A DNA stretch of 64,000 nt from a virus: the IMG/VR virus record IMGVR_UViG_3300025598_002259, positions 5,876 through 69,875 of that record, one strand, 5' to 3'. Below are positions 20,573-28,599 of this stretch, in pieces. Numbering within the stretch: position 1 is the first letter of the stretch; each line of letters begins with the position of its first letter. The notes below the pieces were generated by a model. The model was not told the origin of the DNA, ran no database searches, and saw only the letters and a list, made by a program, of their open reading frames with translations. Both the position numbers and the translations under genes were made by a program.

Positions 20573-20875
20573 TTATTCTGCTTCGACTTTAAACTGAAGC
20601 GGAAACCCGTTTTCTTTAGAGACCGAAACAGCTTCTATTTGCTTTTGTTCTGCAATTTCAAAGGTATAAATTCCTGCCACCCCACTGCCTTCATTATGAA
20701 TCTGCATCATAATTTTTGCAGCAGAGGTTTCTGAATGCTTAAAAATGGTAACTAAAATAGCTACAACAAAGTCCATAGGAGTATAATCATCATTGAGTAT
20801 TAATACTTTATACTTTTTAGGCTCTTTAATTCTACTTCGTACAGATTCTTTATTTGCCACAGCTGAGTCAGCCAT
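20573..20875 (-). CDS. clpS: Clp protease adaptor ClpS
   Basis: YKVLILNDDYTPMDFVV, IH.EG.GVAG, EIAEQK, FPL. Confidence 0.95.
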   Translation of the reverse strand: MADSAVANKESVRSRIKEPKKYKVLILNDDYTPMDFVVAILVTIFKHSETSAAKIMMQIHNEGSGVAGIYTFEIAEQKQIEAVSVSKENGFPLQFKVEAE

Positions 20876-20913
20876 TATTAACTCCGTATTTTTAAAAATA
20901 TATTATAACATAA

Positions 20914-20940
20914 AGGGTGAGAGAATTGCTCTCTCACCCT
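20914..20940 (-). terminator. intrinsic terminator hairpin after Hsp20
   Basis: AGGGTGAGAG-N7-CTCTCACCCT inverted repeat. Confidence 0.75.
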
Positions 20941-20948
20941 GTTTTAAA

Positions 20949-21401
20949 TTACTCAGACTTAATCTTTAGCAAACGAGGGTTAAGCGCCTCAGGAACTATT
21001 CGATTAAGTTCAATGCTTAATACACCATTCTTAATTCTAGCATCGCCAACTTCAATATGTTCTGCCAACGGCAGAATTCGAGTAAAATTACGCCCTGCTA
21101 GCCCTCGATGAATGTATTGAACATTTTCATCTTCTTTACCCTCAACCTCTCCTCGAATAATTAACTGATTCTGATCGACCTCAACTGTGATCTCTTTTGG
21201 ATCAAAACCAGTTACAGCAATCTGAACCTCGTAAGTATCCTTGTCATGCTTTAAAATATTGTATGGGGGATAATTTGATCCGATTGAATTAGCAAAATGC
21301 TGCTCAAAATCAGTAAACAAATTATCAAACCCTACAAGGGCTCTGTTTAGAGCATTTAGTGTATTAGTATCAAAACGAACTTGTCTTACTAGTTGATTCA
21401 T
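20949..21401 (-). CDS. small heat-shock protein Hsp20 (IbpA-like)
   Basis: NYPPYNI, IAVTGF, YIHRGLAGRNF, NGVLSI. Confidence 0.93.
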   Translation of the reverse strand: MNQLVRQVRFDTNTLNALNRALVGFDNLFTDFEQHFANSIGSNYPPYNILKHDKDTYEVQIAVTGFDPKEITVEVDQNQLIIRGEVEGKEDENVQYIHRGLAGRNFTRILPLAEHIEVGDARIKNGVLSIELNRIVPEALNPRLLKIKSE

Positions 21402-21467
21402 ATATTTTCTCCTTTAAAAAGTAAGAATTGTTGTAGAGCCTTTTAGGTCATCTACAACACTATTTAT
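21402..21467 (-). promoter_or_regulatory. late promoter plus structured Hsp20 leader (ROSE-like)
   Basis: TATAAATA, then TGTTGTAGA..TCTACAACA hairpin, then TTCTTACTTT able to pair with AAAGGAGAA (SD). Confidence 0.5.
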
Positions 21468-21501
21468 ATTATACAAATATTTTTAATATGTCAAATAGAT
21501 A

Positions 21502-22275
21502 TCACACTTTCATTTTAGTCACAGCATCAATTAATGCATCATGTAAAGAACGCATTAGCCCAAATTCAGGAATAACACAAGTTGATCTACCCGAACGTGT
21601 TACGGCTGCAAATTCCTCCTTAGTATAATATTGAGGATTTTCAATTCCCATAATGTCTGCTAATTCAGGCATAGTAATAGCACCTTGATTGATTAAATTA
21701 TGAGGGCCTGTTTCGTTTTGTTCGATAAGATTACATGCTACTAAAACTGCTTCGTCTAAATCAGTCATACTGTTCTTTCCTAGATCTACTAGTTTACCAT
21801 TATTACTATATTTGTAAACTTTAGTTAGATAGTTTTTAGCTTCATTAACTCCGGTAAATGGCATTCTAATTCTAAAAACTAATGCTTTGTCTTTTAAGAA
21901 CATGTCAGAAATTCCTTTACTAACCGAGTAAGTACTTCCGAAATAATTAGGATCAGCTTCTACATCAGTGATCACTCCTTCATATATACAACCACTAGAA
22001 AAATGAGCAAATTTTACATTATGCTGCTGACATAAATTATATAACTCAATAGGAAATAATGCATTTCCTTTATAGGTTTCAACTTTAATTAATTCGCATC
22101 CATCTACATTAGGAGTTCCGGTTACCCCTGCAGCATTAATTACCCAATCATAATCATTAGTTACAGCATCGTTAATATCAGTATGAGAAACAAGTTTACA
22201 GACATGTCCTCTGTGATTTAATTCAGCAAACATCTTATTTCCAGTCCACCCTCTACCTACTACTAGTAGTTTCAT
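21502..22275 (-). CDS. NDP-4-keto-6-deoxyglucose epimerase/reductase (RmlD-like, NRS/ER type)
   Basis: GRGWTG, AAGVTGTPNVDGCE, SSGCIY, YSVSK, RIRMP. Confidence 0.75.
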   Translation of the reverse strand: MKLLVVGRGWTGNKMFAELNHRGHVCKLVSHTDINDAVTNDYDWVINAAGVTGTPNVDGCELIKVETYKGNALFPIELYNLCQQHNVKFAHFSSGCIYEGVITDVEADPNYFGSTYSVSKGISDMFLKDKALVFRIRMPFTGVNEAKNYLTKVYKYSNNGKLVDLGKNSMTDLDEAVLVACNLIEQNETGPHNLINQGAITMPELADIMGIENPQYYTKEEFAAVTRSGRSTCVIPEFGLMRSLHDALIDAVTKMKV

Positions 22276-23161
22276 TTTTAATCATCTCCGTTAGATAAAT
22301 CCCGTAATCATTTTTATTATTCCAAGAGTTGGTAAATTTCTCTATGTTTTCTGCTGAGACCCAACTATTGGTGTAAGCTATTTCGTGTGGAGATCCTACA
22401 AGAAATCCCTGATAATCTTGCACAGTTTTAACAAACATTGCAGCTTCTAATAATGACGTAGATGTTCCTGTGTCAAACCAGGAAATTCCTCTCAATAGCT
22501 TTTGTACATCTAATTGATTTTTTTGATGGTAAAGTCTAATTAGATCTACCATTTCTAATTCATTTCTATCACTAAATGTCAATTGTTTACTTTTTTCGGC
22601 AACATCGTTCGGAAAAAAATACAAACCAGTGATTGCGTGATTTGATTTAGGAGCAAGAGGCTTTTCAACTATGGCTTCTATTTTTCCGTGCTTGTCAAAT
22701 TCTACAACTCCGAAACGACTAGGATCTTTAACTTGTTGTAAAAAGATCTGTGCAATTTTAGGATTCTTCTTTGCGTTTTGTAAAATTTGTGTAAATCCCG
22801 AACCGTAAAATATATTATCACCAAGTATTAAACTTACATTATTAAAATCTTTTAAATCATAATTTTGATCAGCAATTAAAAATGCTTCAGGTAACCCATT
22901 TGGAGCGGCCTGAGTTGCGATTTTAATTTCGATTCCTAATTCTTTTTTTGAATTTTTAAATAAAGACTCGAATATAGTTTTTTCGTGAGGATTAGTAATT
23001 ATTAATATCTGCTTTATATCAGCTAACATTAATACACTAAGAGGATAGTAAATTAACGGCTTATCATAAACTGGTAAGATCTGTTTAGATACTGCTAATG
23101 TGGCCGGATATAGTCTTGTTGACTTACCTGCCGCTAATATTATTCCTAAAGTTTTTGGCAC
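22253..23161 (-). CDS. rmlA: glucose-1-phosphate thymidylyltransferase
   Basis: GIILAAGKSTRLYP..SKQILPVYDKPLIYYPL, LGDNIFYG, WFDTGT. Confidence 0.95.
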   Translation of the reverse strand: MPKTLGIILAAGKSTRLYPATLAVSKQILPVYDKPLIYYPLSVLMLADIKQILIITNPHEKTIFESLFKNSKKELGIEIKIATQAAPNGLPEAFLIADQNYDLKDFNNVSLILGDNIFYGSGFTQILQNAKKNPKIAQIFLQQVKDPSRFGVVEFDKHGKIEAIVEKPLAPKSNHAITGLYFFPNDVAEKSKQLTFSDRNELEMVDLIRLYHQKNQLDVQKLLRGISWFDTGTSTSLLEAAMFVKTVQDYQGFLVGSPHEIAYTNSWVSAENIEKFTNSWNNKNDYGIYLTEMIKNETTSSR

Positions 23162-24140
23162 GAGCTTCTACCTCTGTAATCCACTCGGTATTGTTTATAT
23201 ACCAGTCGATAGTTTGTTCTAGACCTTTATTTAAGTCGATCTTAGGAGCCCAACCTAATTCTTTGAGTATTTTAGTATTATCGATATCATATCTAAAATC
23301 GTGTCCTTTTCGATCTGTAACAAATTTTAGTAATTTGTGATCTATCTTCATATAATCCAAAATCATTTTAGATAATGACAAATTGTCTAATTGACAATTT
23401 CCGCCAATGTTATATTTTTCTCCAGGCACTCCATCTTCTATCACTCTAATGAGAGCATCGCAGTGATCTAAAACATGTAACCAATCTCTAATATTTGATC
23501 CTTTTCCGTAAACTGGTATAGACTCTTTTCTTAGAGCTTTAGTAATAATAACAGGAATAAACTTTTCTGGATATTGATATGGTCCATAGTTGTTCGAACA
23601 GTTAGTAATAATGTTATTCATTCCATAAGTATGATGATACGCATTAACTAGATGATCCGACGATGCTTTACTAGCAGAATATGGTGATCTAGGATTGTAA
23701 GGAGTGGCCTCTGTAAATGGAGGATCCTTTAAAGATAAACTACCGTATACTTCGTCAGTAGAAACATGTATAAATTTATAATTCCATTCTACGGTATTTC
23801 TAATTGCTTCTAATAGAGATAAAGTTCCTAATACATTTGTTTTTATAAATGGAGATGAATCTTCTATAGATCGATCTACATGACTTTCTGCAGCCATATG
23901 AATGATACGATCGGGTCTATATTGTTTTAATAATTGTGTAATGATCTGCCGATCGTTAATATCTGCACAGATAAAATGATAATTTTCATTTTTAATATTT
24001 CTAAGATTGCCTATGTTTCCTGCATAAGTTAACTTATCAACATTAATTACTGTCTCGTTTGGAAACAGTTGCAAATATCTATGTACAAAATTAGAACCAA
24101 TAAACCCGCAACCACCTGTAATTAATAAAGACATAACCAC
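23124..24140 (-). CDS. rmlB: dTDP-glucose 4,6-dehydratase
   Basis: GGCGFIG, DKLTYAGN, AAESHVDRS, STDEVYG, YSASK. Confidence 0.96.
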   Translation of the reverse strand: MVMSLLITGGCGFIGSNFVHRYLQLFPNETVINVDKLTYAGNIGNLRNIKNENYHFICADINDRQIITQLLKQYRPDRIIHMAAESHVDRSIEDSSPFIKTNVLGTLSLLEAIRNTVEWNYKFIHVSTDEVYGSLSLKDPPFTEATPYNPRSPYSASKASSDHLVNAYHHTYGMNNIITNCSNNYGPYQYPEKFIPVIITKALRKESIPVYGKGSNIRDWLHVLDHCDALIRVIEDGVPGEKYNIGGNCQLDNLSLSKMILDYMKIDHKLLKFVTDRKGHDFRYDIDNTKILKELGWAPKIDLNKGLEQTIDWYINNTEWITEVEARAKNFRNNISGR

Positions 24141-24143
24141 CTT

Positions 24144-24452
24144 CTAAAAAAAGTAGTTATACACAGTCTTATTATCATCGATTGATTTCCGAATTTTATC
24201 AACTATGTCTTGAATCCCTGAAAGATCTTCTTCATAAAAGAATTCGAATGTTTCTTCTTTATCAGAATAACGTAATGCCCATAAGGTATAATCCCGTTCG
24301 CTTACTTCAAGCATATAACTGAATGATATCATTACTTGGAATGTATTAGGATCGAGTTTGTGTTTTTTTGGGATATACTTAATATATTTTGCAGAGCTAC
24401 AACATTTAGCAATCCACCCAAGCTCTTCGATAGTGTCTGCTATCAACTCCAT
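24144..24452 (-). CDS. hypothetical protein (L[KR][WFY]S family)
   Basis: ORF; internal YTLWALRYS motif. Confidence 0.55.
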   Translation of the reverse strand: MELIADTIEELGWIAKCCSSAKYIKYIPKKHKLDPNTFQVMISFSYMLEVSERDYTLWALRYSDKEETFEFFYEEDLSGIQDIVDKIRKSIDDNKTVYNYFF

Positions 24453-24826
24453 TTTAATACAGCCATAGTAGCTAGTTTTTCTTTACCTTTGCGGAATCGT
24501 AGATATAGTCTAGCAGTTATTTGGTCACCGCTATCTTTTTCTGTATCTAATTCCCAATCCCAATCTATACCTTTAATCCCTGCTTGTTTTTCTAACCATG
24601 GACGATAAGATTGATCTAATTCGTCAGTAGGTACAATAGCATGTATTACGTTATCCTCTTTAAATGACCTATATGTTGGATGGCGAGGATCTTTTATGTT
24701 CTTAGGCCATGCAACAGCAATACGTGCACCAGTCATATATTTCCACCATAATCTTTTAATAAAAAATGGACGTCGATCTGTGCCTAAATAAAAATGATAA
24801 TGTCTCTCAATCATTTTATAAAACAT
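24443..24826 (-). CDS. hypothetical protein (L[KR]WS family)
   Basis: ORF ending ATMAVLKWS. Confidence 0.6.
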   Translation of the reverse strand: MFYKMIERHYHFYLGTDRRPFFIKRLWWKYMTGARIAVAWPKNIKDPRHPTYRSFKEDNVIHAIVPTDELDQSYRPWLEKQAGIKGIDWDWELDTEKDSGDQITARLYLRFRKGKEKLATMAVLKWS

Positions 24827-24836
24827 ATAATACCTA

Positions 24837-25067
24837 TTATGTAAATTTTAATAAAAAAAGTAAATGATCATGTTTATTTCTAAAGTAAAGAGTACAGCCT
24901 TTATAAAACCAAGGTATTGATTTATCTTGTTGAGCTATTTCCCACGGAACTGTTTCACCATGTTTTTTAGTCAAATATTTTAATAAATTTTCAACCATGA
25001 CTATTGGTTGATCTAGCTCAACCATGTATAAAGTTTCTTCTTCAGGTTCTAAATCATTCATGACCAC
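24837..25067 (-). CDS. hypothetical protein (L[KR]WS family)
   Basis: ORF ending LLFLLKFT. Confidence 0.55.
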   Translation of the reverse strand: MVMNDLEPEEETLYMVELDQPIVMVENLLKYLTKKHGETVPWEIAQQDKSIPWFYKGCTLYFRNKHDHLLFLLKFT

Positions 25068-25348
25068 TTTAATAAAAACATAGTATATTCGGATTGACTA
25101 TTAAACACAAAATAGATTTCAAATTTTCCGCTTTTAGGATGGTCTATTTCTATTTCAACCCCTGCATATTCTTTAAACCAACGTACACGGGCAGCATCGT
25201 CTGCTAGAAAAAAATCTAGATGATTAGCTTCGGGATCTTTTTTCACCATCCGATCTTGTACATGTAGTCTAATTTTATGAAAAATCGGAGTGATAGATTT
25301 AGCTTTAATACGAATTTTCTTATTTTGTTTTCGAAAAAATCTAAACAT
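25058..25348 (-). CDS. hypothetical protein (L[KR]WS family)
   Basis: ORF ending YTMFLLKWS. Confidence 0.6.
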   Translation of the reverse strand: MFRFFRKQNKKIRIKAKSITPIFHKIRLHVQDRMVKKDPEANHLDFFLADDAARVRWFKEYAGVEIEIDHPKSGKFEIYFVFNSQSEYTMFLLKWS

Positions 25349-26166
25349 TACAACTCCACCGTAAAACCGGGATCAAACCCATTATCTTCTTCATAAGGAA
25401 CATATCCTCTAGGGTTACATACCACTCGAGTATCTCCAATTTGATAATCTGACTTGTCATGCATATGTCCGTGAACCCATAGACAAATATTAGGGCGATC
25501 TAAAATAAAATCTTCTAGACGACTCATATACCCGCCATTCATTAAATTATCATGTTTATAATAATCATGAACGCTCATTTCACTTGGCGCATGATGCGTC
25601 ATGATAACAAACTTACGATCCTTATTTTGCTCAAGAACAATCTTAAAATATTCTAAACTGCGTCTGTGCTCAGATACAGTAAACGAAGGTTTAAGTTTAT
25701 GGTACATATCATGTAGGTGTCCTTTTTGAGTGATTTGTTGATAATCACTCATACATTGCTTGACATGATACTCGGTTAAAGGATCTCCACGATTTAAATC
25801 AGTCCATAGCGTAGCACCCATAAACATAATGCCATTATAATCTACTACATCATTTTCTAAAATGGTAAGATTTTTAGGCATCATATACTCAAGATCCTGA
25901 CGAGTATTCTGATAGACGCTTCTGTAATGTTCGTGGTTACCCATCACGTAAAACACACGATCGTACTTAGCACACTCATAGTGAAAGAACTCTGAGCATG
26001 CATATGCACGATTAGGCTCGTTAGATAATAGTTTGGTACTATGAAAATGCTTACGAATATTGCGAACCTCGGCAATATCCCCAGAAAGAATCAAAACTTC
26101 TCCACCAGGCAACTCTTGATAGCCGCCGACATCTAAATGCAAGTCACTTACGATATTGATTTTCAT
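25348..26166 (-). CDS. calcineurin-like metallophosphoesterase
   Basis: SDLH, GDI, GNHE, THHAP, HGHMH, NPRGY. Confidence 0.9.
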   Translation of the reverse strand: MKINIVSDLHLDVGGYQELPGGEVLILSGDIAEVRNIRKHFHSTKLLSNEPNRAYACSEFFHYECAKYDRVFYVMGNHEHYRSVYQNTRQDLEYMMPKNLTILENDVVDYNGIMFMGATLWTDLNRGDPLTEYHVKQCMSDYQQITQKGHLHDMYHKLKPSFTVSEHRRSLEYFKIVLEQNKDRKFVIMTHHAPSEMSVHDYYKHDNLMNGGYMSRLEDFILDRPNICLWVHGHMHDKSDYQIGDTRVVCNPRGYVPYEEDNGFDPGFTVEL

Positions 26167-26172
26167 AATGTA

Positions 26173-26201
26173 ATTATACTTGGAATTACCATTGGTGTCA
26201 A
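26173..26201 (-). promoter_or_regulatory. consensus sigma70 promoter, likely leaderless transcript
   Basis: TTGACA-17bp-TATAAT, with ATG 6 nt downstream. Confidence 0.8.
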
Positions 26202-26210
26202 TTATTTAAG

Positions 26211-26708
26211 GGGCGAAAGGATTCGCCCGTGATTTCGCTCTCGCTCATCACCTTTTTTCTTAAGAGAAATGATTACCTAGATTCACAGGTCATACTTCGC
26301 CCAGAACAGGGCGAAGATTTCTAACGAATATTACCTGAGTTCGTTAGTCACTAACATTCGGAAATTGCATTTCTGCGCAGAAGCGGTTAGCCTGTACTTC
26401 TTATTCCTAACTTCAATCTAACGGGATACTATATACCGATGTCAGCAGATATACAGTATTTGTGGTTGTATCTTTTTCACAGAGCCACTATCTTTGAGCC
26501 ATTGAAAATTTTTCACTTAGCCAAACGAATTATTAAAGGCATATTCCGTCATCATCCCCGAAGGGGTAGTGGCTGAGCTCCTGTCAACACACAGGATTTC
26601 TGTCCCCGCGACTGTTTTGTCCGGTTATCATAGGCACCCGAAATTAGCCGGTGCGAGCTTAAGCGTTGATTGATATGCCTATGTTTGTGCCAGTGAATGT
26701 GCCTTAGT
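26211..26708 (-). ncRNA. putative large structured non-coding RNA of unknown family (or structured origin region)
   Basis: No ORF of 60 aa or more; GC-richer than flanks; many helices; upstream TTGACT-18-TATATT promoter (26715-26744); terminal GGGCGAA/TTCGCCC hairpin. Confidence 0.6.
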
Positions 26709-26773
26709 TGATATAATATAAAACAAATCTTAGGGTAAAGTCAACAAATAAATATTTCAAACGGGACTAAAAC

Positions 26774-27193
26774 ATGAATAAAATTAAAAAAGCTCTTTGG
26801 TTTGCATTAGGTATTATATTTTTAGGTATAGCATATTTAGGTACATTTGTTCCCGGGTTGCCTTGGTCAACTCCTGCTATTTTAGCCACATGGTGTTTTA
26901 GTAAGAGTTCAGAAAAATTCCATAACTATATGCTTAATCATAAACTTTTTGGACCAGTTATACGCAACTGGAGTGAGGGCAGGGTATTTCCTACCATTGC
27001 TAAATGGCTAATGTTTGCAAGTATGGATTTTAGTTTGATTCTAATCTATTGGCGCACACACAATTGGAAATTGTGTTTAGGTCTAAGCATATTCTTTGCT
27101 ACTATATTACTTTGGGCAAGTAGACTTCCTGGAAATCGTATTGAAGCAGATCGTAGAAAAGCTGCTGGAGAAAAACTAGGTTGGTTCAAATAA
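26774..27193 (+). CDS. ybaN: YbaN/DUF454 inner-membrane protein
   Basis: LG...PGLP.STP.ILA.WCF.KSS.KFH...LNH.LFGP.I.NW. Confidence 0.85.
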   Translation: MNKIKKALWFALGIIFLGIAYLGTFVPGLPWSTPAILATWCFSKSSEKFHNYMLNHKLFGPVIRNWSEGRVFPTIAKWLMFASMDFSLILIYWRTHNWKLCLGLSIFFATILLWASRLPGNRIEADRRKAAGEKLGWFK

Positions 27194-27194
27194 G

Positions 27195-27218
27195 AGAAAG
27201 GGCCCTAAGGCCCTTTCT
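27195..27218. terminator. bidirectional terminator between convergent genes
   Basis: AGAAAGGGCC-CTAA-GGCCCTTTCT. Confidence 0.75.
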
Positions 27219-27239
27219 ATATTATCGACTAGTGCAGTC

Positions 27240-27728
27240 TTACTTTAATGGAAACGGACTAACAATAACACGCGGCTCAACATATAGCGGCGTGGGCTTT
27301 TTAGTCTCCGGGTTTAAACAAAGCACCCAAGTACCGTCAGCCGCAGCAGGACTATACAATCCATTAGGATCAGCCTGAGCAATAGTGGTCAGTACGTGAT
27401 AGTTATCACCAACTGCCTTTTGTGGGTTGGTATACTGTGTGGCATAAGGAATGCCAAATCCAACCGAATCACACAACTTCCTAAGATTGTTGTTCATGTC
27501 AACAACATAAGTGATGGTGGTAATATTCTGATCGCGTAGTTCGAGAATTTCTTTTAACATGCGTTTTTCGGCAAAATTAACAATGCCAGGCATGCCTACG
27601 CTCTGTACGGCCTGCAGACTCATCTGCTCCTGTTTTTGTTTTTCAATTTGAGTAGAACTCTGAGGACCTTCTTCACAACCAGAAAGCATGATAGCCGAAG
27701 CAGCAACAATCGAAATAAACTTATTCAT
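27240..27728 (-). CDS. phage lipoprotein
   Basis: Start reassigned to MNKFISIVAASAIMLSGC (lipobox); GFGIPYATQYTNP, QADPNGLYS. Confidence 0.75.
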   Translation of the reverse strand: MNKFISIVAASAIMLSGCEEGPQSSTQIEKQKQEQMSLQAVQSVGMPGIVNFAEKRMLKEILELRDQNITTITYVVDMNNNLRKLCDSVGFGIPYATQYTNPQKAVGDNYHVLTTIAQADPNGLYSPAAADGTWVLCLNPETKKPTPLYVEPRVIVSPFPLK

Positions 27729-27739
27729 ATAAACTCCAA

Positions 27740-28207
27740 TTAAGGTGAAAGAGTAGTGACCCATTGGGTACGCGGGGGATTTCCCGCAGTAGTCCATTGG
27801 CTATTAACAATATAATAACCGTTTGTATAGGTATGTAAATACGATTGATTATTCGGCACAGCAAAAACGCCAGTCAAATAATTAACCTGCGTACATCCAT
27901 TATTAACCGCTAAACTGGAAGAAATCAACGTACCGTCACTGGCCCATGTAGCATTATAGACGCTGGCGTAATATACGGTGTGTACACCACCTCTACCACT
28001 TCCAACAGTAGCATAACCAACATATTCGATTTGTCCGCGAACTGTGCCGTTGCCGTCAATAGATGTAGCAACGACATTGGTGGTCCATGGGTTACTGGAG
28101 CACGGCGGTGCTACACTAGGATCTCCCTTGAGAGAAACATAAGTTGTAGCATTGGCAGAGCCAATTGCTAAAAAACTTGTAGCAATAACACTAATAAACT
28201 TATTCAT
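27740..28207 (-). CDS. secreted hypothetical protein
   Basis: Signal peptide MNKFISVIATSFLAIGSANA; GGGGA RBS. Confidence 0.65.
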   Translation of the reverse strand: MNKFISVIATSFLAIGSANATTYVSLKGDPSVAPPCSSNPWTTNVVATSIDGNGTVRGQIEYVGYATVGSGRGGVHTVYYASVYNATWASDGTLISSSLAVNNGCTQVNYLTGVFAVPNNQSYLHTYTNGYYIVNSQWTTAGNPPRTQWVTTLSP

Positions 28208-28218
28208 ATAATCCCCTT

Positions 28219-28542
28219 TTAATTTGACTTCAAACTTTCATAAAACATTCGCAAATGAGGTGGCAATTTCTCAATGTCGTAAGTTGAAAAACGATCAAGA
28301 ATTACACCACGCAACAGAACCTTGTGTTCTGCATCTGCATTAATATAATCAGCCTCTAGCCCAGAAAGATCACGAATCATGCCATCGTTATACTGTTGGC
28401 TTTCATGAAATACCTGATTATCTACGGCTGTATAACGGGGGGCAAAAAACTTATACATTCCATACCCACCGAATGCTAGTGCAAAAACGGCCGCACCAGC
28501 AAGAGCAAGACCACCAATTCCTACACCGACTTCTTTAATCAT
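28219..28542 (-). CDS. membrane-anchored hypothetical protein
   Basis: N-terminal TM helix; GGAG RBS before ATG 28542. Confidence 0.65.
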   Translation of the reverse strand: MIKEVGVGIGGLALAGAAVFALAFGGYGMYKFFAPRYTAVDNQVFHESQQYNDGMIRDLSGLEADYINADAEHKVLLRGVILDRFSTYDIEKLPPHLRMFYESLKSN

Positions 28543-28571
28543 ATATATTAACTCCAATTAAAGTTAGAAAA

Positions 28572-28597
28572 ACTAGGTCCTATTTCTAGGACCTAGT
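28572..28597 (-). terminator. intrinsic terminator after vWA gene
   Basis: 11-bp perfect stem ACTAGGTCCTA/TAGGACCTAGT followed by T-run on minus strand. Confidence 0.8.
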
Positions 28598-28599
28598 GG

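Noticed and set aside
26211-26708. RNase P RNA or self-splicing intron
   Set aside because: No GAGGAAAGUCC motif, no clear group I P7 or group II domain V, and no interrupted gene on either side
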